Of a DNA stretch of 64,000 bases, positions 20,352-30,288 are shown piece by piece. The first letter of the stretch is position 1, and every line of letters begins with the position of its first letter. This stretch comes from a bacterium BMS3Bbin10. GTDB lineage: Bacteria; Pseudomonadota; Alphaproteobacteria; Rhizobiales; Methyloligellaceae. The notes below the pieces were generated by a model, which worked only from the letters and a program-made list of their open reading frames with translations, did not search any database and had not been told where the DNA came from. The translations under genes and the position numbers were made by a program. The DNA lies in contig BDTT01000024.1 of NCBI GenBank assembly GCA_002897995.1, positions 20,579-84,578 of the forward strand, given 5' to 3'.

Positions 20352-21044
20352 ATGGGCTTTAAGGATGCCGGCAAACCGCATTTTCTGGGTCATCGCGACC
20401 GGTTGCGCCAGCGCTTCCGCGAGGGCGGAGACGACGCCATGCCCGACTATGAGTTGCTTGAGCTCATTCTGTTTCGCGCCCTTCCGCGCCGCGACACAAA
20501 ACCCCTGGCAAAGGAGTTGATCGGCAAGTTCGGTTCATTTGCCGAAGTGATAAATGCGCCCGATGAACGCCTGGCGGAAGTCGCAGGCGTGGGCGAAGCC
20601 GTCATCACCGAGATAAAGCTGATCCGCGGCGCGGCCCTGCGATTGATAAAAGGCCAGGTCATGGACCGGCCGGTGCTCGATTCATGGTCGGCGGTTCTCG
20701 GCTATTGCCGCGCGGCCATGGGGTTTCAATCCAAGGAGCAGTTCCGCGTTCTGTTTCTCGACAAACGCAACCGCATCATTGCCGATGAAGTGCAGCAGGA
20801 GGGCACCGTCGACCATACGCCGGTCTATGTCCGCGAAATCGTCAAGCGCGCGCTTGAGCTGTCGGCCAGCGCCATCATCCTGGTGCATAATCACCCCTCC
20901 GGCGACCCCACGCCCTCGCAGGCCGATATCGAGATGACCAAACAGATCGTCGAGGCGGCGAAAAATCTCGGGATCACGGTGCATGATCACATCATTGTCG
21001 GAAAAGAGGGCCATGCGAGTTTTCGGGGCCTGAGCCTGATTTAA
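20352..21044 (+). CDS. radC: RadC-family JAB/MPN domain protein
   Basis: HRDRLRQRF...ELLELILF N-terminal region and a C-terminal [18 protein letters not shown] motif. Confidence 0.9.
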   Translation: MGFKDAGKPHFLGHRDRLRQRFREGGDDAMPDYELLELILFRALPRRDTKPLAKELIGKFGSFAEVINAPDERLAEVAGVGEAVITEIKLIRGAALRLIKGQVMDRPVLDSWSAVLGYCRAAMGFQSKEQFRVLFLDKRNRIIADEVQQEGTVDHTPVYVREIVKRALELSASAIILVHNHPSGDPTPSQADIEMTKQIVEAAKNLGITVHDHIIVGKEGHASFRGLSLI

Positions 21045-21054
21045 GGCCCTGCCC

Positions 21055-21426
21055 CTAAGTCTTGTCGACCGTAACCGCGTCGCCCGGATTGACGGCGGCC
21101 AGTGCTTTGACATCATCGAGCGCGCGGCCCCAGATATTGCACGCGCTGGCAAGACGGGTCTCATCGCCTTGCGAGATCGGCGTGCGCCCGAACCCAATGG
21201 CGATTGCGTCTCCTTCAGGCCAGAAGGCGATTTCGCCGGGCTCCACAACCTCGCGCGCATCCGCTTCGCGCTCGACGCTCACCGGCGTGGTGAAATAAAC
21301 CTCCTCGCCCCAGGTCTGGGCATGGGCGTCAATCGGCAGCGCCGCCAATACGGCCCGTCCCGTTGGCGTGTCGAGGACCTCAACGCGAATAGATACGCTG
21401 CCCGCTGTAATCATGATTTCCGTCAT
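21055..21426 (-). CDS. Cyclophilin-like fold protein (DUF3830-like), 123 aa
   Basis: [31 protein letters not shown]...[17 protein letters not shown] pattern. ATG at 21426; the longer ORF to 21654 looks like a spurious extension. Confidence 0.55.
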   Translation of the reverse strand: MTEIMITAGSVSIRVEVLDTPTGRAVLAALPIDAHAQTWGEEVYFTTPVSVEREADAREVVEPGEIAFWPEGDAIAIGFGRTPISQGDETRLASACNIWGRALDDVKALAAVNPGDAVTVDKT

Positions 21427-21577
21427 TGGTGCGCTCCGGAAATTGACTTGCCAATCATGGTTTTGCCTCCCGCGCAATTTACACCGACATGCCGGGCGGC
21501 CGAAAGCAACTTTCCCGTGCCGCATGAATACGGTTTCGTTTGCGCTTCGCGGTCTTTCGCCCGCATAGTTCCCGGCA

Positions 21578-22102
21578 ATGTTCGGTGCCCCGCAAATAGC
21601 CGCGATTCTGCTGCTGCTCCAGCGCGGGCTTGAGGAAATATATTCGGCGAACAATACAAAACGCCTGCTCGCCGAAGGCGCGCGCGAAGTGGGCGCGCAA
21701 TATTATCCGGTCGTCGCCACCACCCATCTTGGCTGGATCGCCAGCCTGTTCCTGCTGGTCTCTCCCAATGCCGGTATTATCTGGCCGCTGCTCGCGCTCT
21801 ATCTGCTGCTCCAGGTGGCCCGTTACTGGGTCATCTCCACGCTCGGGCGCTACTGGACCCATCGCATCATTACCCTGGACATTGCGCCGATCGTGAAGAA
21901 GGGCCCCTACGCCCTCATCAGACATCCCAGTTACGTGGTCACGCTGATTGAGACATTGCTGCTGCCGATGGCCTTCGGCGCATGGGGGCTGGCGCTGATC
22001 ATGACGGCCATCTGGGCCGCCGTGCTGCACTACCAGATTTTGCTGGAAGATGCGGCGCTGGCCGGCCGGCGAGAGCCCGGAAAAGACAACCCTGCGAATT
22101 AA
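21578..22102 (+). CDS. Isoprenylcysteine carboxyl methyltransferase (ICMT)-family membrane methyltransferase
   Basis: GRYWTHRI...[15 protein letters not shown] motif and multiple TM segments. Confidence 0.75.
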   Translation: MFGAPQIAAILLLLQRGLEEIYSANNTKRLLAEGAREVGAQYYPVVATTHLGWIASLFLLVSPNAGIIWPLLALYLLLQVARYWVISTLGRYWTHRIITLDIAPIVKKGPYALIRHPSYVVTLIETLLLPMAFGAWGLALIMTAIWAAVLHYQILLEDAALAGRREPGKDNPAN

Positions 22103-23337
22103 GCGGGCGCCGGCCCAAAGATCAGAACCGCATTCAGCCCGCCGAACGCGAAGGAATTCGACATGGCGTAGGCGATATCGCGCTTGCGCGCCTCATTCGG
22201 CGTGTAATCCAGATCGCATTCGGGATCCGGCCCGTCATATCCGATGGTGGGCGGGACGATGCCCTCTTCCATGGCTTTGATGACGCAAACCGCCTCGACG
22301 CCTCCGCCCGCGCCAAGGCAATGGCCGTGCATGGACTTGGTGGCCGATATGGAAAGATCGTTGGCGGCCTTGCCGAATACGCGCTTTATGGCGCGCGTCT
22401 CGTTGATATCGTTGACTTTGGTCGCTGTTCCGTGGGCATTGACATAATCAATGTCGCCAGGCGCCAGTCGCGCGTCATCCAGGGCAAACTGCATCGCGCT
22501 GGATGCGCCTTCGATGGATGGATTGACCATGTCGGCCGCGTCCGATGACATGCCGAAGCCAACGAGCTCGGCGAAGATCGTCGCGCCGCGTCCCCTGGCA
22601 TGCTCAAGCTCCTCGAGCACCAGAATACCGGCGCCCTCGCTCAAGACCGTCCCGTTACGGCCTTTGGCGAAGGGAAACAGTCCATCCGGGCTGAGAACGC
22701 GCATCGCCTGCCATGCTTTTGCCGTACCCCAGTTGAGCGTGGCTTCAGCGGCGCCGCCGACGCCCAAATCGCACAACCCGTTCTGAATCATCTGATATAC
22801 GAGGCCGATGGAATGAGGCGCGGTCGAACAGGCGCTCACCACCCCGAAACACGGCCCGGTGATTCCGTATTCGATACTCACATGGGCGGCGGCGGACGAG
22901 GCGATGGTTTTCAGAAGCGTCAGTGGATGAGTCGCCCGTTTCTTCTCCTCAAACAGCATCTTGTAGGAGAATTCCATCGTCGTAATGCCGCCGATACCGG
23001 AACCGATGATACAGGCCGCCCGGTAGGCGTGATCGCCCTGCAACGGCATTTCCAGCCCCGACTGGGCAACCGCTTCAGCTGCCGCGGCGCCGGCAAACTG
23101 CGAATAGCGGTCCGCCAGCAGGAACTGTTTCGATAAGCCCAACTCCTCGGCGTCGAAGTTTTTAACCTCGCCCGCGATGGTGATGTAAAGCTCGTCGGTG
23201 GGATAAAACGTCGCCTCGCCGATCCCGCACTCACCGTTCTTGAGCGCGTTCCAAAACGCGTCTCTGCCGGTTCCGATAGCGGAAACGACGCCTTGGCCCG
23301 TGACAACGACGCGCCTGCGATCCTTTGGCTGTGCCAT
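22099..23337 (-). CDS. Beta-ketoacyl-ACP synthase, KAS II/NodE-like
   Basis: Cys-His-His triad context (SACSTAPH, NAHGTAT, KSMHGHCLGA) and a C-terminal SNSFAFGGLNAVL. Confidence 0.9.
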   Translation of the reverse strand: MAQPKDRRRVVVTGQGVVSAIGTGRDAFWNALKNGECGIGEATFYPTDELYITIAGEVKNFDAEELGLSKQFLLADRYSQFAGAAAAEAVAQSGLEMPLQGDHAYRAACIIGSGIGGITTMEFSYKMLFEEKKRATHPLTLLKTIASSAAAHVSIEYGITGPCFGVVSACSTAPHSIGLVYQMIQNGLCDLGVGGAAEATLNWGTAKAWQAMRVLSPDGLFPFAKGRNGTVLSEGAGILVLEELEHARGRGATIFAELVGFGMSSDAADMVNPSIEGASSAMQFALDDARLAPGDIDYVNAHGTATKVNDINETRAIKRVFGKAANDLSISATKSMHGHCLGAGGGVEAVCVIKAMEEGIVPPTIGYDGPDPECDLDYTPNEARKRDIAYAMSNSFAFGGLNAVLIFGPAPA

Positions 23338-23403
23338 GTAACTGAAAATGCCTTGATTGGGCGCTCAGGTCTGGGTTCGGCGCCGCGGGCTACAGGGCGT
23401 TCG

Positions 23404-23673
23404 CTACGCCGCGGCTCCGGACGATTTGTTCTCGGACATGATTGCTTTCACTTTGTCTACAACCGAACCAACGGTCGCAAAGTCTTCAACCTCCTCGTTG
23501 GCATTGTAGGGTATTTCAATGCCAAACGTATCTTCGATGTCGAAGACGATAACGGCAAGATCAAGAGATTCGATGTCCAGGTCCGTCAGCGGAGTCTCCA
23601 ACGCGATCGAATCGGACGGCTCCTTCATGTTTTTCTTCAGAATATCGATGATCTTGGTGGCCACTTCGTCCAT
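23404..23673 (-). CDS. Acyl carrier protein (dedicated, NodF/AcpXL-like context)
   Basis: DLDIESLDLAVIVFDIEDTFGIEIP phosphopantetheine-serine motif. GGGAGAG Shine-Dalgarno before ATG 23673. Sits directly upstream of the ketosynthase. Confidence 0.85.
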   Translation of the reverse strand: MDEVATKIIDILKKNMKEPSDSIALETPLTDLDIESLDLAVIVFDIEDTFGIEIPYNANEEVEDFATVGSVVDKVKAIMSENKSSGAAA

Positions 23674-23716
23674 ATCGCTCTCCCTGCCCCATTGGGTTAA
23701 GCGGGGCCTCATTATA

Positions 23717-23739
23717 TTTTGCAAACTGCTAATGCAAAA
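23717..23739. promoter_or_regulatory. Inverted repeat TTTTGCA-N9-TGCAAAA in the divergent ACP / acyl-CoA ligase intergenic region (candidate operator)
   Basis: Perfect 7-bp arms seen directly, 44-66 nt upstream of the ACP start codon. Confidence 0.25.
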
Positions 23740-24069
23740 AATATCTGTGAGCAAGCCGCGCGTTCAATTAGTCTTAAAATCGGGCAGAGTCCAGATGTCT
23801 GCTACACGAATTTACAAAATCAACCCCGCAGCCGTCAGGCACATATACCACCCGCGCTTCGCCTCCATTTGGACGTGTTAGCTGACAATTGCAAGTGGAG
23901 AAGGCTTATTTGCGTTAAGATGGACGACACCAGCCGCGCCCTTTTGGCCCGCAGCCCAAGGAACCGACAGACTCAAGAAACCTGCCATCGCAAATAAAAG
24001 CGCACCAGAAGCAAGTGACCCGATCCCGGGGCTCTATGGAAATTACGCCGGAAACCAGCATCCAGAAAC

Positions 24070-25791
24070 ATGAAAAAAGCATCAGTCAGAAAATCCGGCA
24101 AGTCAAAATCCAGCATCGGAGAATATGCCTGGTTGAAACATTACCCTCCCGGTATCGAGTGGCGCACGGAGTTCAAATCCGAACCTTTGGCTAACATTCT
24201 GGAGAGGTCCGCCGAGAAATTCTCGGATAGGGTTTGTACTTATTTTTTTGGAAAAACAATTAGTTACTCTGAGATTGGCCGGTTGGCGAACCGTGCTGCA
24301 AAGGGGTTGCAGGCGCTTGGCGTGGGCAAGGGAACACGGGTCGGCCTGCTGCTCCCCAACTGCCCGGCATTTGTTGTCTACTATTTCGGAATCCTGAAAA
24401 CCGGCGCGACGGTTGTGAACTGCAATCCGCTCTACACCGTTGAAGAACTCGACCACCAGATCAAGGACAGCGAAACCGAATTTCTCGTGACCCTCGACCT
24501 CGCCGCGCTGTTCGAAAAGGCCGATGCCCTGCTTGAGCGGGGCAACCTCAAAACCGTGGTTATTTGTCCATTTGCGGATATGCTGCCGCCACTTAAATCG
24601 ATTCTGTTCCGGCTACTAAAGTCGAAGCTGCTCGCCGACACAGAAAATTCCGGCAAGCCTGATCGAATCGTTTTTGAGCGCAGCGTCCTCGACAATGACG
24701 GGGCCTATGCGCGGCCGGAAATCACTCCGGAGACGGATATCGCCGTTCTGCAATATACCGGCGGGACAACGGGCACCCCCAAGGGGGCCATGCTCACCCA
24801 CGCAAATCTGACGATCAACATTCAGCAGGTCGACGCCTGGGCCACCAATCTGGACAAAGAGGGCGAAATCATACTTGGCGTATTGCCCCTGTTTCATATC
24901 TTCGCCATGACCACTGTTCTTAATTTCGGCGTCGCGCGCGGTTTCAAAATGGTGCTGGTGCCGAAATTCGATATCGATGACGTGCTCAAGCTCATCGGCA
25001 AGACCCGGCCGACCATCTTTCCCGGCGTGCCCACGATCTACAATGCGATCCTGCACCACCCGAAAGCGAAATCCATCGATCTCTCCTCGCTCAAATTCTG
25101 CATATCCGGCGGCGCGGCGCTTCCCGCCGAGGTCAAGCGCGGCTTTGAGGCGTTATCGGGATGTTCGCTCGTGGAAGGATACGGATTGAGCGAAACGTCA
25201 CCGGTCGCGACCTGCAACCCGGTGGAGGGCGCGCTTGGCGAGGGGTCCATCGGCATTCCCCTGCCCGCCACCATCATTTCCATCCGGTCTGCCGAAAAGC
25301 CGGAAGAAGAGATGCCGCTTGGCGAGAATGGCGAAATCTGTATCGCCGGCCCGCAAGTGATGCCGGGTTATTGGAAAAATCCAGCCGAAACGAAGGACGC
25401 CTTTACCGGCAAGTTCTTCAGGACCGGCGATATCGGCTATATGGACGAAGAGGGTTACATCTACATCGTCGACCGCATCAAGGACATGATCAACGCTTCG
25501 GGGTTCAAGATCTATCCGCGCCGCATCGAGGAAGCCATCTACGAGTATGAGGCGGTTGAAGAGGTGACGGTCATCGGCGTCGCCGATGAATATCGCGGGG
25601 AAGCGCCCGCCGCCTATATCAAGCTGCGCGAGGGCCATAGCGCCACGGCGGAGGATATCCGGTCCTTTCTTGAGCAGAAGATCTCAAAAATCGAGATGCC
25701 CCGCGACATCGAATTCCGCGATGAACTGCCCAAGACCATGATCGGCAAATTATCGAAAAAGGAACTTCGCGAAGAGCGGGAAACCGATTAG
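24070..25791 (+). CDS. Long-chain fatty acid--CoA ligase (AMP-binding, FadD-like)
   Basis: YTGGTTGTPKGAMLTH AMP-binding motif, GYGLSETSP, TGDIGYMDEEGYIYIVDRIKD, and a C-terminal GKLSKKELR. Confidence 0.9.
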   Translation: MKKASVRKSGKSKSSIGEYAWLKHYPPGIEWRTEFKSEPLANILERSAEKFSDRVCTYFFGKTISYSEIGRLANRAAKGLQALGVGKGTRVGLLLPNCPAFVVYYFGILKTGATVVNCNPLYTVEELDHQIKDSETEFLVTLDLAALFEKADALLERGNLKTVVICPFADMLPPLKSILFRLLKSKLLADTENSGKPDRIVFERSVLDNDGAYARPEITPETDIAVLQYTGGTTGTPKGAMLTHANLTINIQQVDAWATNLDKEGEIILGVLPLFHIFAMTTVLNFGVARGFKMVLVPKFDIDDVLKLIGKTRPTIFPGVPTIYNAILHHPKAKSIDLSSLKFCISGGAALPAEVKRGFEALSGCSLVEGYGLSETSPVATCNPVEGALGEGSIGIPLPATIISIRSAEKPEEEMPLGENGEICIAGPQVMPGYWKNPAETKDAFTGKFFRTGDIGYMDEEGYIYIVDRIKDMINASGFKIYPRRIEEAIYEYEAVEEVTVIGVADEYRGEAPAAYIKLREGHSATAEDIRSFLEQKISKIEMPRDIEFRDELPKTMIGKLSKKELREERETD

Positions 25792-25873
25792 CCGCGCAAT
25801 CCGGACGGCTTCATGCGCCTCGCAGATTGCACCCCTGGCGCCGTTATTCTCAATAATAAAGTGAAGTTGAACG

Positions 25874-26851
25874 CTAGCGCTGGCGAATGAGACAGTCCGC
25901 GCCGCGCGCCTTGAGCTGCCGGCAAAAATTGTCGGCGGAACTGCGCTGTTCCATCGGCCCCACACCAACGCGGTACCAGACACCGCGCTGCCCCAGGTCC
26001 GCCCGATGGATTTTAGGAGCCACACCGCCCAGAAGCCGTGGAAAACGCCTTCGCAAATCGTTGAAGGCGCGCAACGCTTCATTCTGGCTTTGCCGTGCCG
26101 CCACCTGAACCAGATAACCACTGACGCGGGGACTTGCGGCAGGGCGCGGGAGCGCGGCCGTGACGCCGGGCGCCGCTCGCGGCGCCGCCTGTTCAGGTGG
26201 TATTGGACCACGCAATTGCGGCCTCCCCGGCGGGGCCGGCGCCGTAGCCGGCGCGGGAAGTATGGCAGGCGCCACTACGGCGGCCCGCCGCCTCGGCGCC
26301 GGCTGGGGCGCCATGTTCTGCCTGGCAACGACCATCGGCTCGGGCGGGCGGGCCGGCTGGGTACGGGTCCAGTATTTGGTCCGGCATGGCCAGCCATTGG
26401 GCAAACATCCCTTGATCTCAACTCTATCGCGGCCAACCTTCAGGTGTTTCAAATAATATACTTTGCCGACCTCGGGATCGTAGATGCGGCCCTGCCAGAT
26501 GTTGGGCCCAATTTTTTTCACATCGACCAGCACGTTAACGCCAACGACGGGCCGGCTGCGCAGACTGGGGTCTGGATTTAGCCGATCGCGCCAGGGTTTT
26601 CCGTTTTCATCGCGCGCGTCTTTCAGCCATACGATCTCTCCGCACAGGCCCTGTTCCCCGCATTCGCGCAATTCGATTTTGCCTTTCCGGTCGGCATTCA
26701 ACCAGGTTCCGAGTTCCGCGGCCGCATAGGCGGAAGTGCCGGCAAAAAGACCCGCCGCGATGACCGCACAGGAAGACAATATCGTACGGAAATTCAATAG
26801 CGCATGGAAATTCAATTCCCCTGCCTCCGTCCGCAGAATCGTTCCGTTCAC
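25874..26851 (-). CDS. DUF2147-like domain fused to a C-terminal SPOR domain, secreted
   Basis: N-terminal signal/TM. G(T)W...GKIELRECGEQGLCGEIVW...WQGRIYDPEVGKVY resembles DUF2147, followed by a Pro-rich linker. The C-terminal YLVQVAA...ALRAFNDL...YRVGVGP resembles SPOR. Confidence 0.7.
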   Translation of the reverse strand: MNGTILRTEAGELNFHALLNFRTILSSCAVIAAGLFAGTSAYAAAELGTWLNADRKGKIELRECGEQGLCGEIVWLKDARDENGKPWRDRLNPDPSLRSRPVVGVNVLVDVKKIGPNIWQGRIYDPEVGKVYYLKHLKVGRDRVEIKGCLPNGWPCRTKYWTRTQPARPPEPMVVARQNMAPQPAPRRRAAVVAPAILPAPATAPAPPGRPQLRGPIPPEQAAPRAAPGVTAALPRPAASPRVSGYLVQVAARQSQNEALRAFNDLRRRFPRLLGGVAPKIHRADLGQRGVWYRVGVGPMEQRSSADNFCRQLKARGADCLIRQR

Positions 26852-26885
26852 GTTCCAGTACCTCTAATGCCGTTCGGGCGAAGCC

Positions 26886-28271
26886 TTAAGCGCTGTTCCC
26901 GTCTCCGCCCTGGTCCGCAGAATGTGACGAATCACCTGATTGTGTCTGCAATTCGGTTGATCCAGTCTTAACGCCGGCGGAGTTGCCGCCGGTACTCTCG
27001 AGTATTGCGGCCACGCCCATACCTCCCGCCGTACACACCGATATCAGACCCCGAGTCTTGGGTTTCGAGGCCAGTTGCTTTGCAAGTGCGCCCACTATTC
27101 TAGCGCCAGTCGCGGCGAAAGGATGGCCAAATGCGAGACTGGACCCCTTAATGTTCAATTTTGCCCGGTCGATGGAACCCATTGGTCTGGCGCGGCCAAG
27201 CACGTTTTTGCAGTAATCCGCAGATTCCCAGGCTTTCAGCGTACACAGCACCTGCGCCGCAAACGCTTCATGAATTTCATAGAAGTCAAAATCCTGCAAT
27301 TCCAGCCCCGCCTGGCGAAGCATTTTGGAAACGGCGATGGTCGGGGCCATCAGCAGTCCCTCGCCCGCGACAAAATCATTCGCCGCGGTCTGCGCATGAG
27401 TGAGATAGGCCAGAACCGGCAAATTGCGCGCCTCCGCCCACTCTTCTGAACCCAGCAGCACCGCGGCGGCGCCATCGGTCAGGGGCGTGGAATTCGCCGC
27501 CGTCAATGTGCCCCGCTTTGAGCGCTCGAAGACGGGCTTGAGCTCCGCCATGGAGGCCAGGTCAATATCCGCCCGCAAATTGTTGTCGCGGAATACGCCG
27601 GCGCAAGGCACAAGCAAATCGTCGAGAAAGCCCTCGTCATAGGCCGCCGCCGCATGTTTGTGGCTGTCAAAGGCGAGCTTGTCCTGTGGCTCGCGGGAAA
27701 TCTGCCACTCCTGGGCCATCAGTTCGCAATGCTCACCCATTGCAAGCCCGGTTCTCGGTTCCGCGACGCCGGGCGGTTCAGGAACAAATTCCGACGGAGA
27801 AAACCCCTTAAAAACAGATAGTTTTCCCATTATGCTGCGTGCACGCGACAGCTTTATCAGCCGCTGCGCAAACTTCCGCCGGAAGACAACCGGCGAATCG
27901 CTCACCGAATCGGAACCGCATGCGATACCGCATTCGATCTGCCCGGTAGCGATTTTCGCGCCGATGCCCATCGCCGCCTGAAGGCTGGTGCCGCAGGCCT
28001 GCATCAGCGTGACGCCCGGCGTTGAGGGCGCCAGTTCCGTCCCGATCACCGCCTCGCGCGCCAGATTCCAGTCCTTGGCGTGGGTCACGACGGCGCCGCC
28101 CGTCACTTCGTCGATATGCGCGCCGCGAAGGGCGTAGCGCTCCACCAGGCCGTTCAGCACGGTGGTCAGCATTTCCAGATTGGTCACGTCGGCGTAGGGG
28201 CCATAGGCCCGGCAAAAGGGAATGCGAATCCCCCCGATTATCGCAACGCGCCGAATATTGTTGTTCGCCAT
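26886..28271 (-). CDS. Acetyl-CoA C-acyltransferase (thiolase, FadI/FadA-like)
   Basis: MQACGTSLQA active-site Cys region and C-terminal SVCTAGGMG. Carries a ~35-aa low-complexity tail. Confidence 0.92.
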   Translation of the reverse strand: MANNNIRRVAIIGGIRIPFCRAYGPYADVTNLEMLTTVLNGLVERYALRGAHIDEVTGGAVVTHAKDWNLAREAVIGTELAPSTPGVTLMQACGTSLQAAMGIGAKIATGQIECGIACGSDSVSDSPVVFRRKFAQRLIKLSRARSIMGKLSVFKGFSPSEFVPEPPGVAEPRTGLAMGEHCELMAQEWQISREPQDKLAFDSHKHAAAAYDEGFLDDLLVPCAGVFRDNNLRADIDLASMAELKPVFERSKRGTLTAANSTPLTDGAAAVLLGSEEWAEARNLPVLAYLTHAQTAANDFVAGEGLLMAPTIAVSKMLRQAGLELQDFDFYEIHEAFAAQVLCTLKAWESADYCKNVLGRARPMGSIDRAKLNIKGSSLAFGHPFAATGARIVGALAKQLASKPKTRGLISVCTAGGMGVAAILESTGGNSAGVKTGSTELQTQSGDSSHSADQGGDGNSA

Positions 28272-28302
28272 GGCTGGCTCCCGGAAGACTTGGGGTCAGG
28301 AC

Positions 28303-30288
28303 CTAAGGGCCGCCCGTTTTTTCCTGTTTGCGATAATGCAGCGGCCCGCCCCGGAACGGAGCGAAACCGGTTCCAAAGATCACGCCCGCATCGACGTGAT
28401 CGGCGCTCTCAACGATTCTTTCCGCCAATGCGCGCTCGCACTCATCGAGCATGGGCCTGATCAGCTCCCGGCCGAGCAGTTCGAGGTCTTCCTCATCGAA
28501 GGACGCCTGCTGGCGCTTCGGCTTGCCCTTTTCCCAAACATAAAATCCTTCACCGGTTTTTTTGCCGAGCTTGCCATTCTTCACAAGACGATCAAGCTCG
28601 CTGTCCTCGACCGGTCCCAGATTGAGCGTTTCCGCCACATGCTTGCAGATGTCGAGCCCGACAATGTCGGAAAGTTCCAGCGGCCCCATGGGCATGCCGA
28701 AATTAAGCGCGGCCTGGTCGATTTTTTCGCGCGGTTCGCCTTCCTGATAGCGCCGCGCGCCATCGAGCATATAGGGCGCGAGCACGCGATTGACGAGAAA
28801 GCCGGGACAGCTTTTCACGATCAGCGGATATTTTCTGATCGCCGTGACGAAGGCGCACCCCTTGCGCACCTCCTCCTCGCGGCCGCCAACGCCGAGAACC
28901 ACCTCGACAAGCGGCAGCTGGGCGACCGGATTGAAGAAATGCAGGCCTATCAGCCGGCCCGGATCCTTCAATGGCTTGGCGATATCCTCAATCTTCAGTG
29001 AGGAGGTGTTGGTGGCGAGAATGGCGTCCGGCTTCATCTTCGCCTCAAGGCCGGCGAGGACCTTCCGCTTGATTTCCAGATCCTCCACAATCGCCTCGAT
29101 CACCAGGTCCGCGCGAGGCACATGCCTGCCTTCGGGATCGGCAATCAGCCGCGTCACGGCTGCGTCTACCGCCTGGCGTGTCTTGAGCCGGCGCTTGAAC
29201 AATTTCTTGGCGCGCGCGAGAGCCTTTTGCGTTTGTTCCTCGCTCAGATCCTGAAGGCTTGCTTCCATGCCGCATACGACACACCAGGCGGCGATGTCGC
29301 CGCCCATGGTGCCCGCGCCGACAATATGAGCGCGCAGCGGCTTGACGGCGCCCTTGGGCGCCTCGTTTTTGAGCATTTCGGTCAACCCGAAGACGCGGCG
29401 CAGATTGCGCGCGACATCGCTGATCATCAACGGGGCGAAGGCAGCCGTCTCGGCCGGTTTCATGCGCCGCCTGCTGTCGCCATATTTCGCAAACAGATCG
29501 ATCAGCGCGAACGGCGCGGGATAATGGTCCTCGCGAACCTTTTCGGCGGTCTTTTTGCGCATTTGCTTGGCCAGGTAATCGCGGAACGGCGCCTTGCGCA
29601 GCAACCGCTTCCACCAGGGCGCCCCCTTGGACTTGCGCTTCTGCAGCACCGCCTTGCGCGCGGCCCAGCGCAAACGGTGATGGGTCGGCACCAGTTGATC
29701 CACCAGGCCAATGGCGCGGGCATGGCCGGGGCGCAGCATGCGGCCCGTCAGCATCATCTGCATGGCGTCCATCGCGCCCGCCAGTTCAATCGAGCGCACG
29801 GTCCCGTTGAGCCCGGGGAAAATGCCGAGCTTGACCTCCGGCAACCCGAGCCGGGTGCCCTCCTCGCGGGTCGCTATCCGGTAATGGCACGCCATCGCCA
29901 GCTCCAGCCCGCCGCCGAGGCAAAAGCCGTGAATGGCGGCGACAACCGGCACGCGCAGTTTCTCGATCCGGTCGAACAGGCCGATGGTCGCGAGCACCGC
30001 GTCCTCGACGTCCTTGCCGGTCACCATGGACTCGAATTCGCGGATGTCGGCGCCGGCGATAAAATTATTCTTCTTGCCGGAAATCAGGATGAGGCCGCGC
30101 ACCTCCCCCTTTTCGGCCGCGTCTTCCACCTTGGAGACGATGGCGGCCAGTTCTTCGGTGGGCCTGCGGCCAAGCGTGTTCATGGACTCGCCCTCGCGGT
30201 CGAAGACCGCCCAGGCGATATCCTCGAAGTCGATTTCGAAACGCCAGTCCTTGAGATTGTCGATATCTGCTGGTGTGATTTCGGTCAT
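28303..30288 (-). CDS. Bifunctional enoyl-CoA hydratase / 3-hydroxyacyl-CoA dehydrogenase (FadJ/FadB-like)
   Basis: N-terminal crotonase fold (FIAGADI, AAIHGFCLGGGLELAMAC) followed by the NAD-binding IVGAGTMGGDIA. 4-nt overlap with the upstream acyl-CoA dehydrogenase gene. Confidence 0.92.
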   Translation of the reverse strand: MTEITPADIDNLKDWRFEIDFEDIAWAVFDREGESMNTLGRRPTEELAAIVSKVEDAAEKGEVRGLILISGKKNNFIAGADIREFESMVTGKDVEDAVLATIGLFDRIEKLRVPVVAAIHGFCLGGGLELAMACHYRIATREEGTRLGLPEVKLGIFPGLNGTVRSIELAGAMDAMQMMLTGRMLRPGHARAIGLVDQLVPTHHRLRWAARKAVLQKRKSKGAPWWKRLLRKAPFRDYLAKQMRKKTAEKVREDHYPAPFALIDLFAKYGDSRRRMKPAETAAFAPLMISDVARNLRRVFGLTEMLKNEAPKGAVKPLRAHIVGAGTMGGDIAAWCVVCGMEASLQDLSEEQTQKALARAKKLFKRRLKTRQAVDAAVTRLIADPEGRHVPRADLVIEAIVEDLEIKRKVLAGLEAKMKPDAILATNTSSLKIEDIAKPLKDPGRLIGLHFFNPVAQLPLVEVVLGVGGREEEVRKGCAFVTAIRKYPLIVKSCPGFLVNRVLAPYMLDGARRYQEGEPREKIDQAALNFGMPMGPLELSDIVGLDICKHVAETLNLGPVEDSELDRLVKNGKLGKKTGEGFYVWEKGKPKRQQASFDEEDLELLGRELIRPMLDECERALAERIVESADHVDAGVIFGTGFAPFRGGPLHYRKQEKTGGP

